This document shows positions 19,649 through 27,980 of a DNA stretch of 60,637 nt, piece after piece. The translations under genes and the position numbers were made by a program. The stretch lies in the NCBI GenBank assembly GCA_030123765.1, contig JASJXX010000005.1, forward strand, positions 1-60,637, read 5' to 3'. Origin of the DNA: Actinomycetota bacterium (lineage in GTDB: Bacteria > Actinomycetota > Acidimicrobiia > Spongiisociales > UBA5794). Position 1 is the first letter of the stretch, and the number at the start of each line of letters is the position of its first letter. The notes under the pieces were generated by a model that saw only the letters and a list, made by a program, of their open reading frames with translations, was not told the origin of the DNA and made no database searches.

Positions 19649-20635
19649 TCACCGGGAGCGCCTTGCAAGGGTGAGGGCGAACCGATCCTCGCTGTCGTTC
19701 CACCAGTTCGTCGTCACAAGCCCCGCTGCAGCGAGTTCTTCATCGACCTGGTCCCGCGTGAACTTGCATGACCACTCGGTGTGAATGGATTCGCCGACGA
19801 CGAGAGAGAAGTCGAGATCGATCGCGTCGAGGCGTGCCCTCACATCGCGGTTTGCGCGGAGGCTCTGCTCCATACAGCCGGTCTCGGCGTTGAGCTTAGT
19901 TTCATGGTCGAAGGCGTCGAGGTCGATGTCGCCGTCGAGTTCACGGTTGATGACGGTGAGAATGTTCTTGTTGAAGGCGGCGGAGACTCCCTCGGAGTCG
20001 TCATAGGCAGCGAGGAGGGTCTCCTCATCCTTGATGAGGTCGATGCCGAGAAGGAAGCCGTCTTCATCGCCGAGCATGGATGCCACGGCCCGAAAGAATC
20101 CCGGGCGTTGCTCCCGCGGCAGGTTCCCGACGGTCGAGCCGAGAAATGCCACGAGTCGCCGGCCATGTCTAGGTACCGCTCCAAGGTCAGATCCGAAGTC
20201 ACCGAGGTAGCCCTCGACTCGTAGCCACGGGTAGCTCTCCGTGAGAAGCGCACCAGCGTGTCGGAGAGACGCTTCGGAGACGTCTATGGCGACATAGAGG
20301 CTGCCCGCCTCTTGTTCATGGATGGCGGTGAGCAGCAGGCGAGTCTTGCGGGCGTAGCCAGCACCGATCTCCACGAGTTCGTCCGGATGGATCGCGGCGA
20401 TGATGTCGTACGCGTAGGTCTCGAGAATCTCGGTCTCGGCCCGCGCGAGATAGTACTCGGGGAGCCGCGTGATCTCCTCGAAGAGCGCCGAGCCGTAGTC
20501 GTCATAGAAGTAGATCGAAGGCAGACTCTTGTGCCGGGCGGTGAGCCCGGTGCGCACATCCTTGATCATCTGTTCCCGAACGCTGTGGGGATTCCCGATC
20601 CGGGTCAGTGTGAACCGCGGCGCGTTCCCGGTCAT
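19649..20635 (-). CDS. egtD: L-histidine N-alpha-methyltransferase
   Basis: KSLPSIYFYD..GSALFEEIT.LPEYY, FLGSTVGN, LLGIDLIK, AYDDSEGV..AFNKN, IHTEWSCKF; coupled to egtB. Confidence 0.95.
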   Translation of the reverse strand: MTGNAPRFTLTRIGNPHSVREQMIKDVRTGLTARHKSLPSIYFYDDYGSALFEEITRLPEYYLARAETEILETYAYDIIAAIHPDELVEIGAGYARKTRLLLTAIHEQEAGSLYVAIDVSEASLRHAGALLTESYPWLRVEGYLGDFGSDLGAVPRHGRRLVAFLGSTVGNLPREQRPGFFRAVASMLGDEDGFLLGIDLIKDEETLLAAYDDSEGVSAAFNKNILTVINRELDGDIDLDAFDHETKLNAETGCMEQSLRANRDVRARLDAIDLDFSLVVGESIHTEWSCKFTRDQVDEELAAAGLVTTNWWNDSEDRFALTLARRSR

Positions 20636-21957
20636 GCAGCGTCCCACGCCAGGCGGACGCCCGCGAAGATCTGTCTGCGCTTGCGGTAGTCCCAGTTACG
20701 GAACGTAGCACGGGCAACGGCGGGCGCCGTTGCCCAGGACGCCCCACGCAGCACGCGGAACTCCTCGTCCCCGAAGAACACTTCGGAGTACTCGGGGTAA
20801 GGGAACGTCGAATATCCCGGGTAGGGAAGGAACCGCGATGTGGTCCACTCGTAGGTGTCGCCCAGGAGCTGCTCAACCCCACAGGCTGACGCGCCCAGGG
20901 GGTATGACCCGACTGGAGCAGGACCCCAACCGTGCTGTCCGAGGTTTGCATGCGCGCTCGTCGGAGGCGCGCTCCCCCACGGAAACTTCCGCGGACCGCG
21001 CCCTGCGGGGTCGAATCTCGCGGCTCTCTCCCATTCGGCTTCGGTAGGGAGCCGCCCTCCCTCGAAGCGAGCGAAGGCTTCTGCTTCCCAGAAACTGATG
21101 TGGATCACAGGTTCGGCCGGGTCGAGTGTGCGCAGTGCGCCGAACATCAGTTGAGTCCATCCCCCGAGCGCGTCACGATGCCATCCCTGGGGAGCGTCGT
21201 AGTCGACGCCCGTCCTCCAGAGCCATCCTGCGGTACTCCAGAACTCCCGGCGCGCGTAGCCGCCTGCCTCGACAAACCTGACGTATCTGCGGTTGGTCAC
21301 GGGAAATCTGTCGATCCTGAACGTGTCGACGTGCACTTGATGGGCCGGGCGCTCATTGTCATACGTCGCCGCTCGGTCGTCCGTCCCCATCGTGAACTCC
21401 CCACCCTCGACGTGCGACCGTTCGGTGTCGTCCACAGGCCGAGCGAGAGGGCGGTGTCGGGCCACTGCTAATGCGTAGGGAGCGAGATCGGAACGCAGGT
21501 TGAGGGCCTGCAAGATCGTCTCCTGATGCTGCGCCTCGTGTTGGATCGTCATCTCGAAGACGAAGCCGCCCCTTGCGAGTTCGGGGCCATCGACGATGTC
21601 GGTTCTCCTGAGCAGCGCGTCGACGTCGTGTCGCACCTCGTTCAGGTACTCGGTCGCCTCTTCACGGTCCAGAAGCGGTAGATCTCCCCTTACCCAGCGT
21701 GGGTTGTCGAATGGGTTGTACATGGCGTCACGGGCAGCGTCATGCGCCCGACGCCCGCCAAGCTCGCGCAGTAGCCAGAACTCTTCGAAGTTAGCGATGT
21801 GCCCCATGTCCCACACGAGCGGTCCCATGATCGAATCGAACTGGCCGTGAACGTCGTCATCTGAGAGCGTCGAGGTGAGCGAGAGAGTGCGATCACGCAT
21901 CGTGTGCATGCCGGAGCGGAGCGTGTGTTTCGGGTCTCCCCGAAGGCGAAGTGACAT
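20632..21957 (-). CDS. egtB: Ergothioneine biosynthesis sulfoxide synthase (DinB + FGE-sulfatase domains)
   Basis: PLVWDMGHIANFEE, QHEAQHQET (iron-binding His), DNERPAH, RLPTEAEWE, YPEYS, FRNWD..RRQIFAG. Confidence 0.93.
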   Translation of the reverse strand: MSLRLRGDPKHTLRSGMHTMRDRTLSLTSTLSDDDVHGQFDSIMGPLVWDMGHIANFEEFWLLRELGGRRAHDAARDAMYNPFDNPRWVRGDLPLLDREEATEYLNEVRHDVDALLRRTDIVDGPELARGGFVFEMTIQHEAQHQETILQALNLRSDLAPYALAVARHRPLARPVDDTERSHVEGGEFTMGTDDRAATYDNERPAHQVHVDTFRIDRFPVTNRRYVRFVEAGGYARREFWSTAGWLWRTGVDYDAPQGWHRDALGGWTQLMFGALRTLDPAEPVIHISFWEAEAFARFEGGRLPTEAEWERAARFDPAGRGPRKFPWGSAPPTSAHANLGQHGWGPAPVGSYPLGASACGVEQLLGDTYEWTTSRFLPYPGYSTFPYPEYSEVFFGDEEFRVLRGASWATAPAVARATFRNWDYRKRRQIFAGVRLAWDAA

Positions 21958-22024
21958 AGGAAACGCCTAAGTGTTGGTTCGAAGTCAACGGCTGATAAAC
22001 AGGATACATTCCAGCTTCGGGCAC

Positions 22025-22135
22025 GGCACAGCTCCTCTCGACCCTCCTCTGAGGGGCTGTCGGAGCTCAGGCCGGTCCCCCGCGGAGTAGTAATGAGCAA
22101 GCCGTTGGGAATCCTCAACGCTGGCGCTGTGAACC
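22025..22135 (-). ncRNA. Candidate cis-regulatory RNA (SAM-IV-like riboswitch variant) in the egtB-egtD leader
   Basis: GGUUC/GGACC closing stem, AGCGCCAGCG...CGGCUUGCU stem matching SAM-IV P2 as I recall it, and a downstream AGCUCC/GGAGCU hairpin; the SAM-IV P3 core is absent. Confidence 0.5.
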
Positions 22136-22149
22136 TCTAGCCTGGTCTG

Positions 22150-23283
22150 ATGCGAACAGGATCACGTCTCTTCGTTCTGGCTGTGGCGGTGGCAACAGCT
22201 CTGCCGATGCTGGCGACTCCAGCGGCTGGCTCGACCGAAGTCGGTTTGAGCGCGCCAGCAACGGCACCATGCGTTCTGTCCAGCATCGCGGCGAGCGGCC
22301 TGCGAGCCGTCCTCACTCCAGGGGAGCGTCTTGTCGAGGATGTCGCTTTCAACGTCGCAGACAGGGATGCACCGAAGAACCCGCTCGTGCTCATCCGATT
22401 CCCTGATGAGTCGGGCCTGTGGCAGGACGCCGGAGTGGTGTCTTCCGAGATGCTCGCGGCAGGTGCCGATCTCCTGATCGTGTCGGCGCGAGTTCTCCCA
22501 TTCGGTGGTGCGGAGCGGTGGGATACGGAGATCTCTGACTCGGTTGTTCGGCTTTACTGCGGGCTATTCGACAGGAGGCCAGACCCCTATGAGCTCGAGT
22601 ACTGGGTCGGCCGGTACCGCAACGGCCTCCCCCTCGTCACGATGGCGGAGGCGTTCACCCACGGAGCGGAGTTTGCCAGCCGATACGGGAGCTCGTCGGC
22701 CGAGGGATTGGTGAGCCTGCTGTATCGGAACGTGCTCGGGCGTCAAGCAGACGCTGCAACGGTGACGCTGCGGGCAGAGCCTCTCAGAAGCGGTGTAGAG
22801 CACGCAGGGCAGGTCATCGTCAGGTTCACCGAGTCCGCTGAATACACAGTGATGACACGAACAGCGTCTCCCGTGAAGCCGGTTCTCCCGTACCCCGACG
22901 TTGGTTCAGGACGAAGGATCATCTACACGAACGCGGGTCAGAGAGTGTGGCTGGTCAACGAGACCGGTGAGCTCTTCAAGACACACCAGGTGACGGGGCG
23001 TCGCGGGATTCCGGCGGTTGGGCGCTATCGGGTCTACAGCATGTCTCGGTACGCATGGGCGCCGTACGATGGCATCACCATGGAGTACATGGTCCGCTTC
23101 GCCCGGGGCGAGTGGCCGTACGGGTTCCACTCGATCCCCGTCTACCCGGACAAGCAGCCTCTCCAGGTGCCGGCGAAGCTCGGGACTCACGGGTCCGGCG
23201 GCTGTGTGCGTCAGCTCTGGGGCGACGCGGAGACTGTATTCGATTGGGCGACCATCGGCACGAGGGTCATCGTCACTCCCTGA
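22150..23283 (+). CDS. Secreted L,D-transpeptidase family protein with DUF4214-like domain
   Basis: Signal peptide; RLYCGLFDRRPD..EYW..LYRNVLGR.AD; YkuD catalytic GFHSIP..GSGGCVR. Confidence 0.85.
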   Translation: MRTGSRLFVLAVAVATALPMLATPAAGSTEVGLSAPATAPCVLSSIAASGLRAVLTPGERLVEDVAFNVADRDAPKNPLVLIRFPDESGLWQDAGVVSSEMLAAGADLLIVSARVLPFGGAERWDTEISDSVVRLYCGLFDRRPDPYELEYWVGRYRNGLPLVTMAEAFTHGAEFASRYGSSSAEGLVSLLYRNVLGRQADAATVTLRAEPLRSGVEHAGQVIVRFTESAEYTVMTRTASPVKPVLPYPDVGSGRRIIYTNAGQRVWLVNETGELFKTHQVTGRRGIPAVGRYRVYSMSRYAWAPYDGITMEYMVRFARGEWPYGFHSIPVYPDKQPLQVPAKLGTHGSGGCVRQLWGDAETVFDWATIGTRVIVTP

Positions 23284-23294
23284 CAGTCGCCAGG

Positions 23295-23444
23295 TCAGTG
23301 GTGTTCAGCCCTGGGGGTGACGATGACGGTTGCGATAGCGGCAATGAGCAGCGCCACGCCGAACATGATGTAAGCGACAGTTGCCAGCTCATCTCCTGGA
23401 TACGCCGGCACCGCTTGTTCGGCAGCAAGAATGAGTGAGTTCAT
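23295..23444 (-). CDS. Small (49 aa) single-pass membrane protein, absent from the supplied ORF track
   Basis: MNSLILAAEQAVPAYPGDELATVAYIMFGVALLIAAIATVIVTPRAEHH*. Confidence 0.6.
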   Translation of the reverse strand: MNSLILAAEQAVPAYPGDELATVAYIMFGVALLIAAIATVIVTPRAEHH

Positions 23445-23693
23445 GAACCCAGTTTACCGACATTGGCTGCTAGCCATCGTCCGGTGTCCGGGAGCACTCT
23501 CGCACTGAGCCTCCCGTCGTGTCTGACTCACCCACTTCAGGTGGTCCCCCATCGCTCAGGGCTGTGCTCGGCGGAGGGCTGAAGCTCACCTGGAGCCTCG
23601 TGAAATGTCGACCGTGGTGTCCGCTGTCGCGGCGGAGTGGAACGCTGATTCCTTGATCATCCTTCTCCCTGAGGACGTAGCAGGACGCACGTG

Positions 23694-23725
23694 GCAGGAG
23701 GACCCCCGATCGGGGGTCCTCCTGC
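23694..23725. terminator. Perfect 32-bp palindrome, probable terminator hairpin
   Basis: GCAGGAGGACCCCCGA/TCGGGGGTCCTCCTGC. Confidence 0.6.
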
Positions 23726-23729
23726 GTAA

Positions 23730-23812
23730 AGGTGGGTGGGTGGCCGGTTCGGTATGTTTTGGATCGCCTCGTTCTGGAACAAGTATCCTCGCCGGCCTCC
23801 CACCTACTCCCT
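23730..23812. ncRNA. Candidate structured small RNA (long imperfect hairpin)
   Basis: AGGTGGG..GGCCGG pairs with CCGGCC.CCCACCT around an inner imperfect stem; sits next to the palindrome in a gene-free gap. Confidence 0.35.
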
Positions 23813-23886
23813 AATGTCGTCAGATTTTCGCGTTTCTTGAGTGTTACGTGCGTAAGTTGCCTGGCTGTTGGCCGTTGATCTTGCTC

Positions 23887-24831
23887 TCATGACGGCGTGA
23901 ATATCTCCTCGATCCCTTCGACAGGGGGCGGACGGCGGAAGTGGATACGTGGCGGTGCGTCCGCTCCGATCCTCTGGAGCGCGAGCCACCATGAAGGGGA
24001 CGAGCCGAGAGACCACCGCAGCCCGGCAACCAACAGGCGACCGGCGGCGAGGGCTCCTGGCGGGGAGCGCACGTCGAGCATCGAAGCTACTCGGGGTGGC
24101 AACGTCGTGACAGCGGCGTTGTAGAGGATCCGGTACGGTGCTGCTGCCGGCCTCGGCAGCGGAGGGTTTCTGAGGAACGACACAGCAGCTTCCATCCCGG
24201 GTGAAGCCTCGATGTCGGGGTGCGAGTCGATCCACATGGCCAGATCGTCTCGGGTCGTCGGGAGTTCGGGTGCACCGAGTATCTTGCCGAGAGCCGCCTG
24301 TTCTCTCGCGAACAGGTCGCCTCGCTCCCGAGTGAGCGTGCCCGGGCCGAACACGGCAAAGGCGGTGAGGAACGAGTCTACGAGCACGTTGTGAACCCAG
24401 GCGGCCCCTGACCCGTCACTTGCCGAGTAGGCGCGGCCACGATGCGAGGTTCCTTTCACACGCCTATGCGCCCGTCGGACTCGCTTGAGGGCTGCATCAA
24501 CCTCCGGCATCGCTCCGTATGCTGTGGCTGCTACGTAGGCAGATGTGCGAGAGAGGCGGCCGAGCGTGTCGTCCTCGTAACTCGAGTGGTCTGCGACCCC
24601 GGCTACGACCTCGGGGTGGGCGGCCTGGATCAGGAGCGCCCGGATACCTCCGACGAACGCGGCGGCGTCGCCGATGATCGCCCACGTTGCCGAGTCCGGG
24701 CCGAAGAGGCCAGGGTCGCCCGGATAATCAAGCGAATTCGCAAGGGGGTAGGCGACGTGGGCGAAGAGTGAGGAGGCGCTGTCCGCGATGCGGTTTCGCA
24801 CATCCAACGGCCTGCGTCGCGCTCTCTCCAT
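23887..24831 (-). CDS. Oxygenase MpaB / DUF2236 family protein
   Basis: DPGLFGPDS.TW, GGIRALLIQAAHP.V.AGV.DHS, RLSRT, VRRAH, WVH. Confidence 0.9.
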   Translation of the reverse strand: MERARRRPLDVRNRIADSASSLFAHVAYPLANSLDYPGDPGLFGPDSATWAIIGDAAAFVGGIRALLIQAAHPEVVAGVADHSSYEDDTLGRLSRTSAYVAATAYGAMPEVDAALKRVRRAHRRVKGTSHRGRAYSASDGSGAAWVHNVLVDSFLTAFAVFGPGTLTRERGDLFAREQAALGKILGAPELPTTRDDLAMWIDSHPDIEASPGMEAAVSFLRNPPLPRPAAAPYRILYNAAVTTLPPRVASMLDVRSPPGALAAGRLLVAGLRWSLGSSPSWWLALQRIGADAPPRIHFRRPPPVEGIEEIFTPS

Positions 24832-24999
24832 CGGGTCATCCTTGCACACGGAGAGGCGCGGGGTTGCATGGTTGTGGGCTGTGGAAGAGATACCGGATGG
24901 CAGTGACTGCGCTCCATGTGGCTCCGCAGGTACGATAAAGGACTCGTGGCGGCCCATTGCTGGTAGCGACCGGACGGGCCGAACGGATTGGAGAATCTC

Positions 25000-25224
25000 A
25001 TCGCAGGTAAGGACGACTATTTCAGGGCGAAGGGTGTCGTGGTTGAGACGCTGCCGAACGCGACGTTCCGCGTGAAGCTGGAGACAGGCCACGAGGTCAC
25101 TGCTCGCGCATCGGGGAAGATGCGCAGGGGCAGGATGATTCGCATCATCCCCGGCGACTCGGTCGAGGTCGACGTCTCCGCCTACGATCCGACGATGGGG
25201 CGCATCGTCTGGCGCTACCGCTAG
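25000..25224 (+). CDS. infA: Translation initiation factor IF-1 (orphan copy; start probably ATC at 25000, alternatively TTG at 24988)
   Basis: GVVVETLPNATFRVKLETGHEV..SGKMR..IRIIPGD.V.V..S.YD...GRI.WRYR. Confidence 0.9.
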   Translation: MAGKDDYFRAKGVVVETLPNATFRVKLETGHEVTARASGKMRRGRMIRIIPGDSVEVDVSAYDPTMGRIVWRYR

Positions 25225-25258
25225 ATCGACACGTTTGACCTAGTCTGCGTCGACACGA

Positions 25259-25714
25259 TCAGTCGTCACAGGCCTCACACACTCCCTCTACCTCGAGGAT
25301 GTGGTCGAGTACCCGGTAGCCTGCGAGGGAGGCGAGCGTCGACACGATCGCGTGCAGCTCGCTCTCTGCCTTGTCGGACACCTCGATGTCTTCGATCGCT
25401 CCACAGGCTATGCACACAACGTGGTGGTGGTGCCCTGTGAGCCACTCGGCGAGCTCATAGCGAGCGAGCCCGTGCGGCCCATGGTCCCTCTTTAGGATGC
25501 CGGCATTCTCGAATATCGCGAGCGTCCGATACAGCGACGAGATGGGGAGATCGTCAGTTGTCTCTTGCGAGAGCTCCGCGGTGCTGCGTGGTCCTGAAGC
25601 CATCTGAATCGCGGTCACGACCGACCGTCGTCCTGAGGTGTACCGGATCCCGTTCTCGGCGAGTCTTCGCTTGACAAGCTCGTGAACTTCCGTGGTCGGG
25701 CCGGTGGGCTGCAC
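25259..25714 (-). CDS. Fur family transcriptional regulator (Zur-like)
   Basis: SSLYRTL, GHHHHVVCIACG, GVCEAC; downstream of a metal ABC ATPase. Confidence 0.92.
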   Translation of the reverse strand: MQPTGPTTEVHELVKRRLAENGIRYTSGRRSVVTAIQMASGPRSTAELSQETTDDLPISSLYRTLAIFENAGILKRDHGPHGLARYELAEWLTGHHHHVVCIACGAIEDIEVSDKAESELHAIVSTLASLAGYRVLDHILEVEGVCEACDD

Positions 25715-25780
25715 GCGAGCGATGATATCGAGGCATTCTCACTATGAAGTTGTCTCTGAGAACGGCTGGCACAGTCGCGG

Positions 25781-26602
25781 CTAGTGCTTCGCTCCGTCTT
25801 CGTGGATTGCTTCGACGTGAATGGAGCGACCCTGGTGCAGGTGAAGCCCGTCGGTGGTCTGATGAGCCGGATCGTCGAGGAAGATCTGCTCTCCCTCCAT
25901 GTGCAGGAGTGCAGGCCCGTACGCCTCTCGCAAGTTAGGGGCTGTCAGCACGCTCTTGGGAGTGCCCGAAGCAATGACACGACCCGCTACGAGGATCACA
26001 TGGTCCGCGATCCGCGCCTCCGCGAGGTCGTGTGTGCTCATTACGATCGTTCGGCCGCGCCGCTGCTCGTCGTGGATGACGTCGTCGATGGCTTGAGCTG
26101 AGGGGAGGTCGAGGCCCGTCAGCGGCTCGTCGAGGAGGAGTATGTCATGGTCCTGGGCGAGCCCTTGCGCTACGAAGACGCGTTGGCGCTGTCCGCCGGA
26201 GAGCTCGCTGAGGTGTCGCATCGCGAGGTTCATGATCGACATGCGCTCCATTGCCTGATCGACCATCTCAGTGTCAGCCTCGGTGAGGCGCGTAAAGTCT
26301 CCTGCGCTTGCGTAGCGAGCCATGGAGACGACTTCGCGCACGGTGATAGGGAGCGCGTCGTTCACCTTCGTCGTCTGAAGCACAAGCGCCACGCGGCGGC
26401 GGGTCGCTGCCTGGTACACGGTGAGGGAGCCCGATGAAGGTTCGATCAGGCCGGCGATCCCATTGAGGATGGTGGACTTGCCTGATCCGTTCGGGCCGAT
26501 GAGTGCAGTGATCGCAGCTTCGGGCACAGTGAAGGAGGATGCTGCAATCGCGAGATGGGATCCGTATCGGAACTCAACATCAAGCGCTTCGATCGCAGAC
26601 AT
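25781..26602 (-). CDS. Zn/Mn ABC transporter ATP-binding protein (ZnuC-like)
   Basis: GPNGSGKST, LSGGQRQR, LLLDEP, STHDL and a His-rich tail. Confidence 0.92.
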   Translation of the reverse strand: MSAIEALDVEFRYGSHLAIAASSFTVPEAAITALIGPNGSGKSTILNGIAGLIEPSSGSLTVYQAATRRRVALVLQTTKVNDALPITVREVVSMARYASAGDFTRLTEADTEMVDQAMERMSIMNLAMRHLSELSGGQRQRVFVAQGLAQDHDILLLDEPLTGLDLPSAQAIDDVIHDEQRRGRTIVMSTHDLAEARIADHVILVAGRVIASGTPKSVLTAPNLREAYGPALLHMEGEQIFLDDPAHQTTDGLHLHQGRSIHVEAIHEDGAKH

Positions 26603-26685
26603 GGAATGGAACGTAGTACGGCGGGGGCAGTACGGGTGATCCCCTTCCCAATGCTCAGCGCGGTCGAACCATGTATCTTGTGTCC

Positions 26686-27555
26686 ATGGAGCTCTACGCA
26701 CGTGTGAACATTCTCGATGGACGGGCCGTCCGGCTTCCGCACGGTGACGTCCGTGACGCGATCGCGTTGGATGACAGTCCGGTGAACCGCGCAAGGGACT
26801 GGGTGGCGAAGGGCGCGGATCTTCTGCACATCGTTGACCTGGATGCTGCCGCGTACGGTGATTACAAGAACCGTGATCTGATCGCCGACATCATCAAAGC
26901 TGTCGATGTCCCGGTCCAGGTCGGTGGCGGCATCAGGTCTCAGGGCGAGGTCGAGCGCGTCCTCGGTATGGGCGCGTGGCGTATCGTGATCGGAACCCTC
27001 GCGATCATCGATCAGGTACTCTTCTGGGAGCTCAACCGGCGACATCCGAATCAGATCGTCGTCTCTCTCGATGTGCGGCCCGACCTCGAGATCTCGATCA
27101 AAGGCTGGACCGAGCGGACCGGTGATTATCTGGAGGAGACGCTCATCAACCTGTCATCGGGTGGAGCAGCGGGCTTCATGATCTCCGAGGTCGGCAGGGA
27201 CGCTCTTGTTGAGCCACCGAACTTCGACGCGTTGAAGCTGGCGGTATCTCTCGTCGACGAGCCTGTCATAGCTGCGGGTGGTGTTCGTGGTCTTGACGAC
27301 GTAGCGACGCTGATGAACGTCGAGTCGGAGGGGAAGAAGCTCGCCGGCCTCGTAGTGGGCCGCGAGGTGACCGCTGGTCGGTTCACGGTAGAAGAAGTGG
27401 TGAGCGCTCTCGCTTCTGATGGGCGGATCCGCGGTCCATGGACCCGGGCTGACCTGGATGCCGCAGTCGCGAGCTATCGCGACGTAGTCTCTGACCCGAT
27501 CGACGCCGACACGGTAACGGTGTTCGTCGAGTGGCTCGCCTCGGGCGGAGCCTGA
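26686..27555 (+). CDS. HisA/PriA-like TIM-barrel protein (atypical active site, C-terminal extension)
   Basis: DGRAVRL, LHIVDLDAA, VQVGGGIRS, IVVSLD, VIAAGGV. Confidence 0.85.
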   Translation: MELYARVNILDGRAVRLPHGDVRDAIALDDSPVNRARDWVAKGADLLHIVDLDAAAYGDYKNRDLIADIIKAVDVPVQVGGGIRSQGEVERVLGMGAWRIVIGTLAIIDQVLFWELNRRHPNQIVVSLDVRPDLEISIKGWTERTGDYLEETLINLSSGGAAGFMISEVGRDALVEPPNFDALKLAVSLVDEPVIAAGGVRGLDDVATLMNVESEGKKLAGLVVGREVTAGRFTVEEVVSALASDGRIRGPWTRADLDAAVASYRDVVSDPIDADTVTVFVEWLASGGA

Positions 27556-27644
27556 GACCCCCCTGTTCTCGGGTCGGGGCTGGCTACATCCCGCGGATTC
27601 GCGTGCTGCAAGCTCGACTAGATTTCTTGTGAGAGGTGATGACC

Positions 27645-27980
27645 ATGAAATCGTTGTTCAAATTTGTGTTCCTGCTCTTCCTCGCGGGCCTCGCCGCCAT
27701 GGCAGTTGCCTCGATCGTTGCGAACAAGAGACTCGAGACAATGTCAGAGGAGGAGATCCGCGCATACCTCGACGCGAAGCTCGGTGACAAGATCGGAGAT
27801 GGGCAGCTCGCGAAGATTCAGGACGCGGTCATCGGTCGTGTTCATGGGAAGAGGCCTTCGGCAGATCACTACATTCAGGATGTCGAAGAGGCTGTAGACG
27901 AGCTCAGGGATGTTGCTGAGGCCGCTACCGATTCCCCCGACGCTGTCGATGAGAATTCAGACAAGGGGCCTACGGAGTAG
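27645..27980 (+). CDS. Hypothetical protein with N-terminal membrane anchor
   Basis: GAGG RBS, MKSLFKFVFLLFLAGLAA TM segment and acidic tail. Confidence 0.7.
   Translation: MKSLFKFVFLLFLAGLAAMAVASIVANKRLETMSEEEIRAYLDAKLGDKIGDGQLAKIQDAVIGRVHGKRPSADHYIQDVEEAVDELRDVAEAATDSPDAVDENSDKGPTE

Noticed and set aside
19649-21957. Selenoneine (senABC) cluster
   Set aside because: No selenosugar glycosyltransferase or selD homologue is adjacent.
23587-23661. 24-codon minus-strand ORF (MIKESAFHSAATADTTVDISRGSR) behind a GGGAGAAGG RBS-like sequence
   Set aside because: Too short and featureless to support without conservation data.
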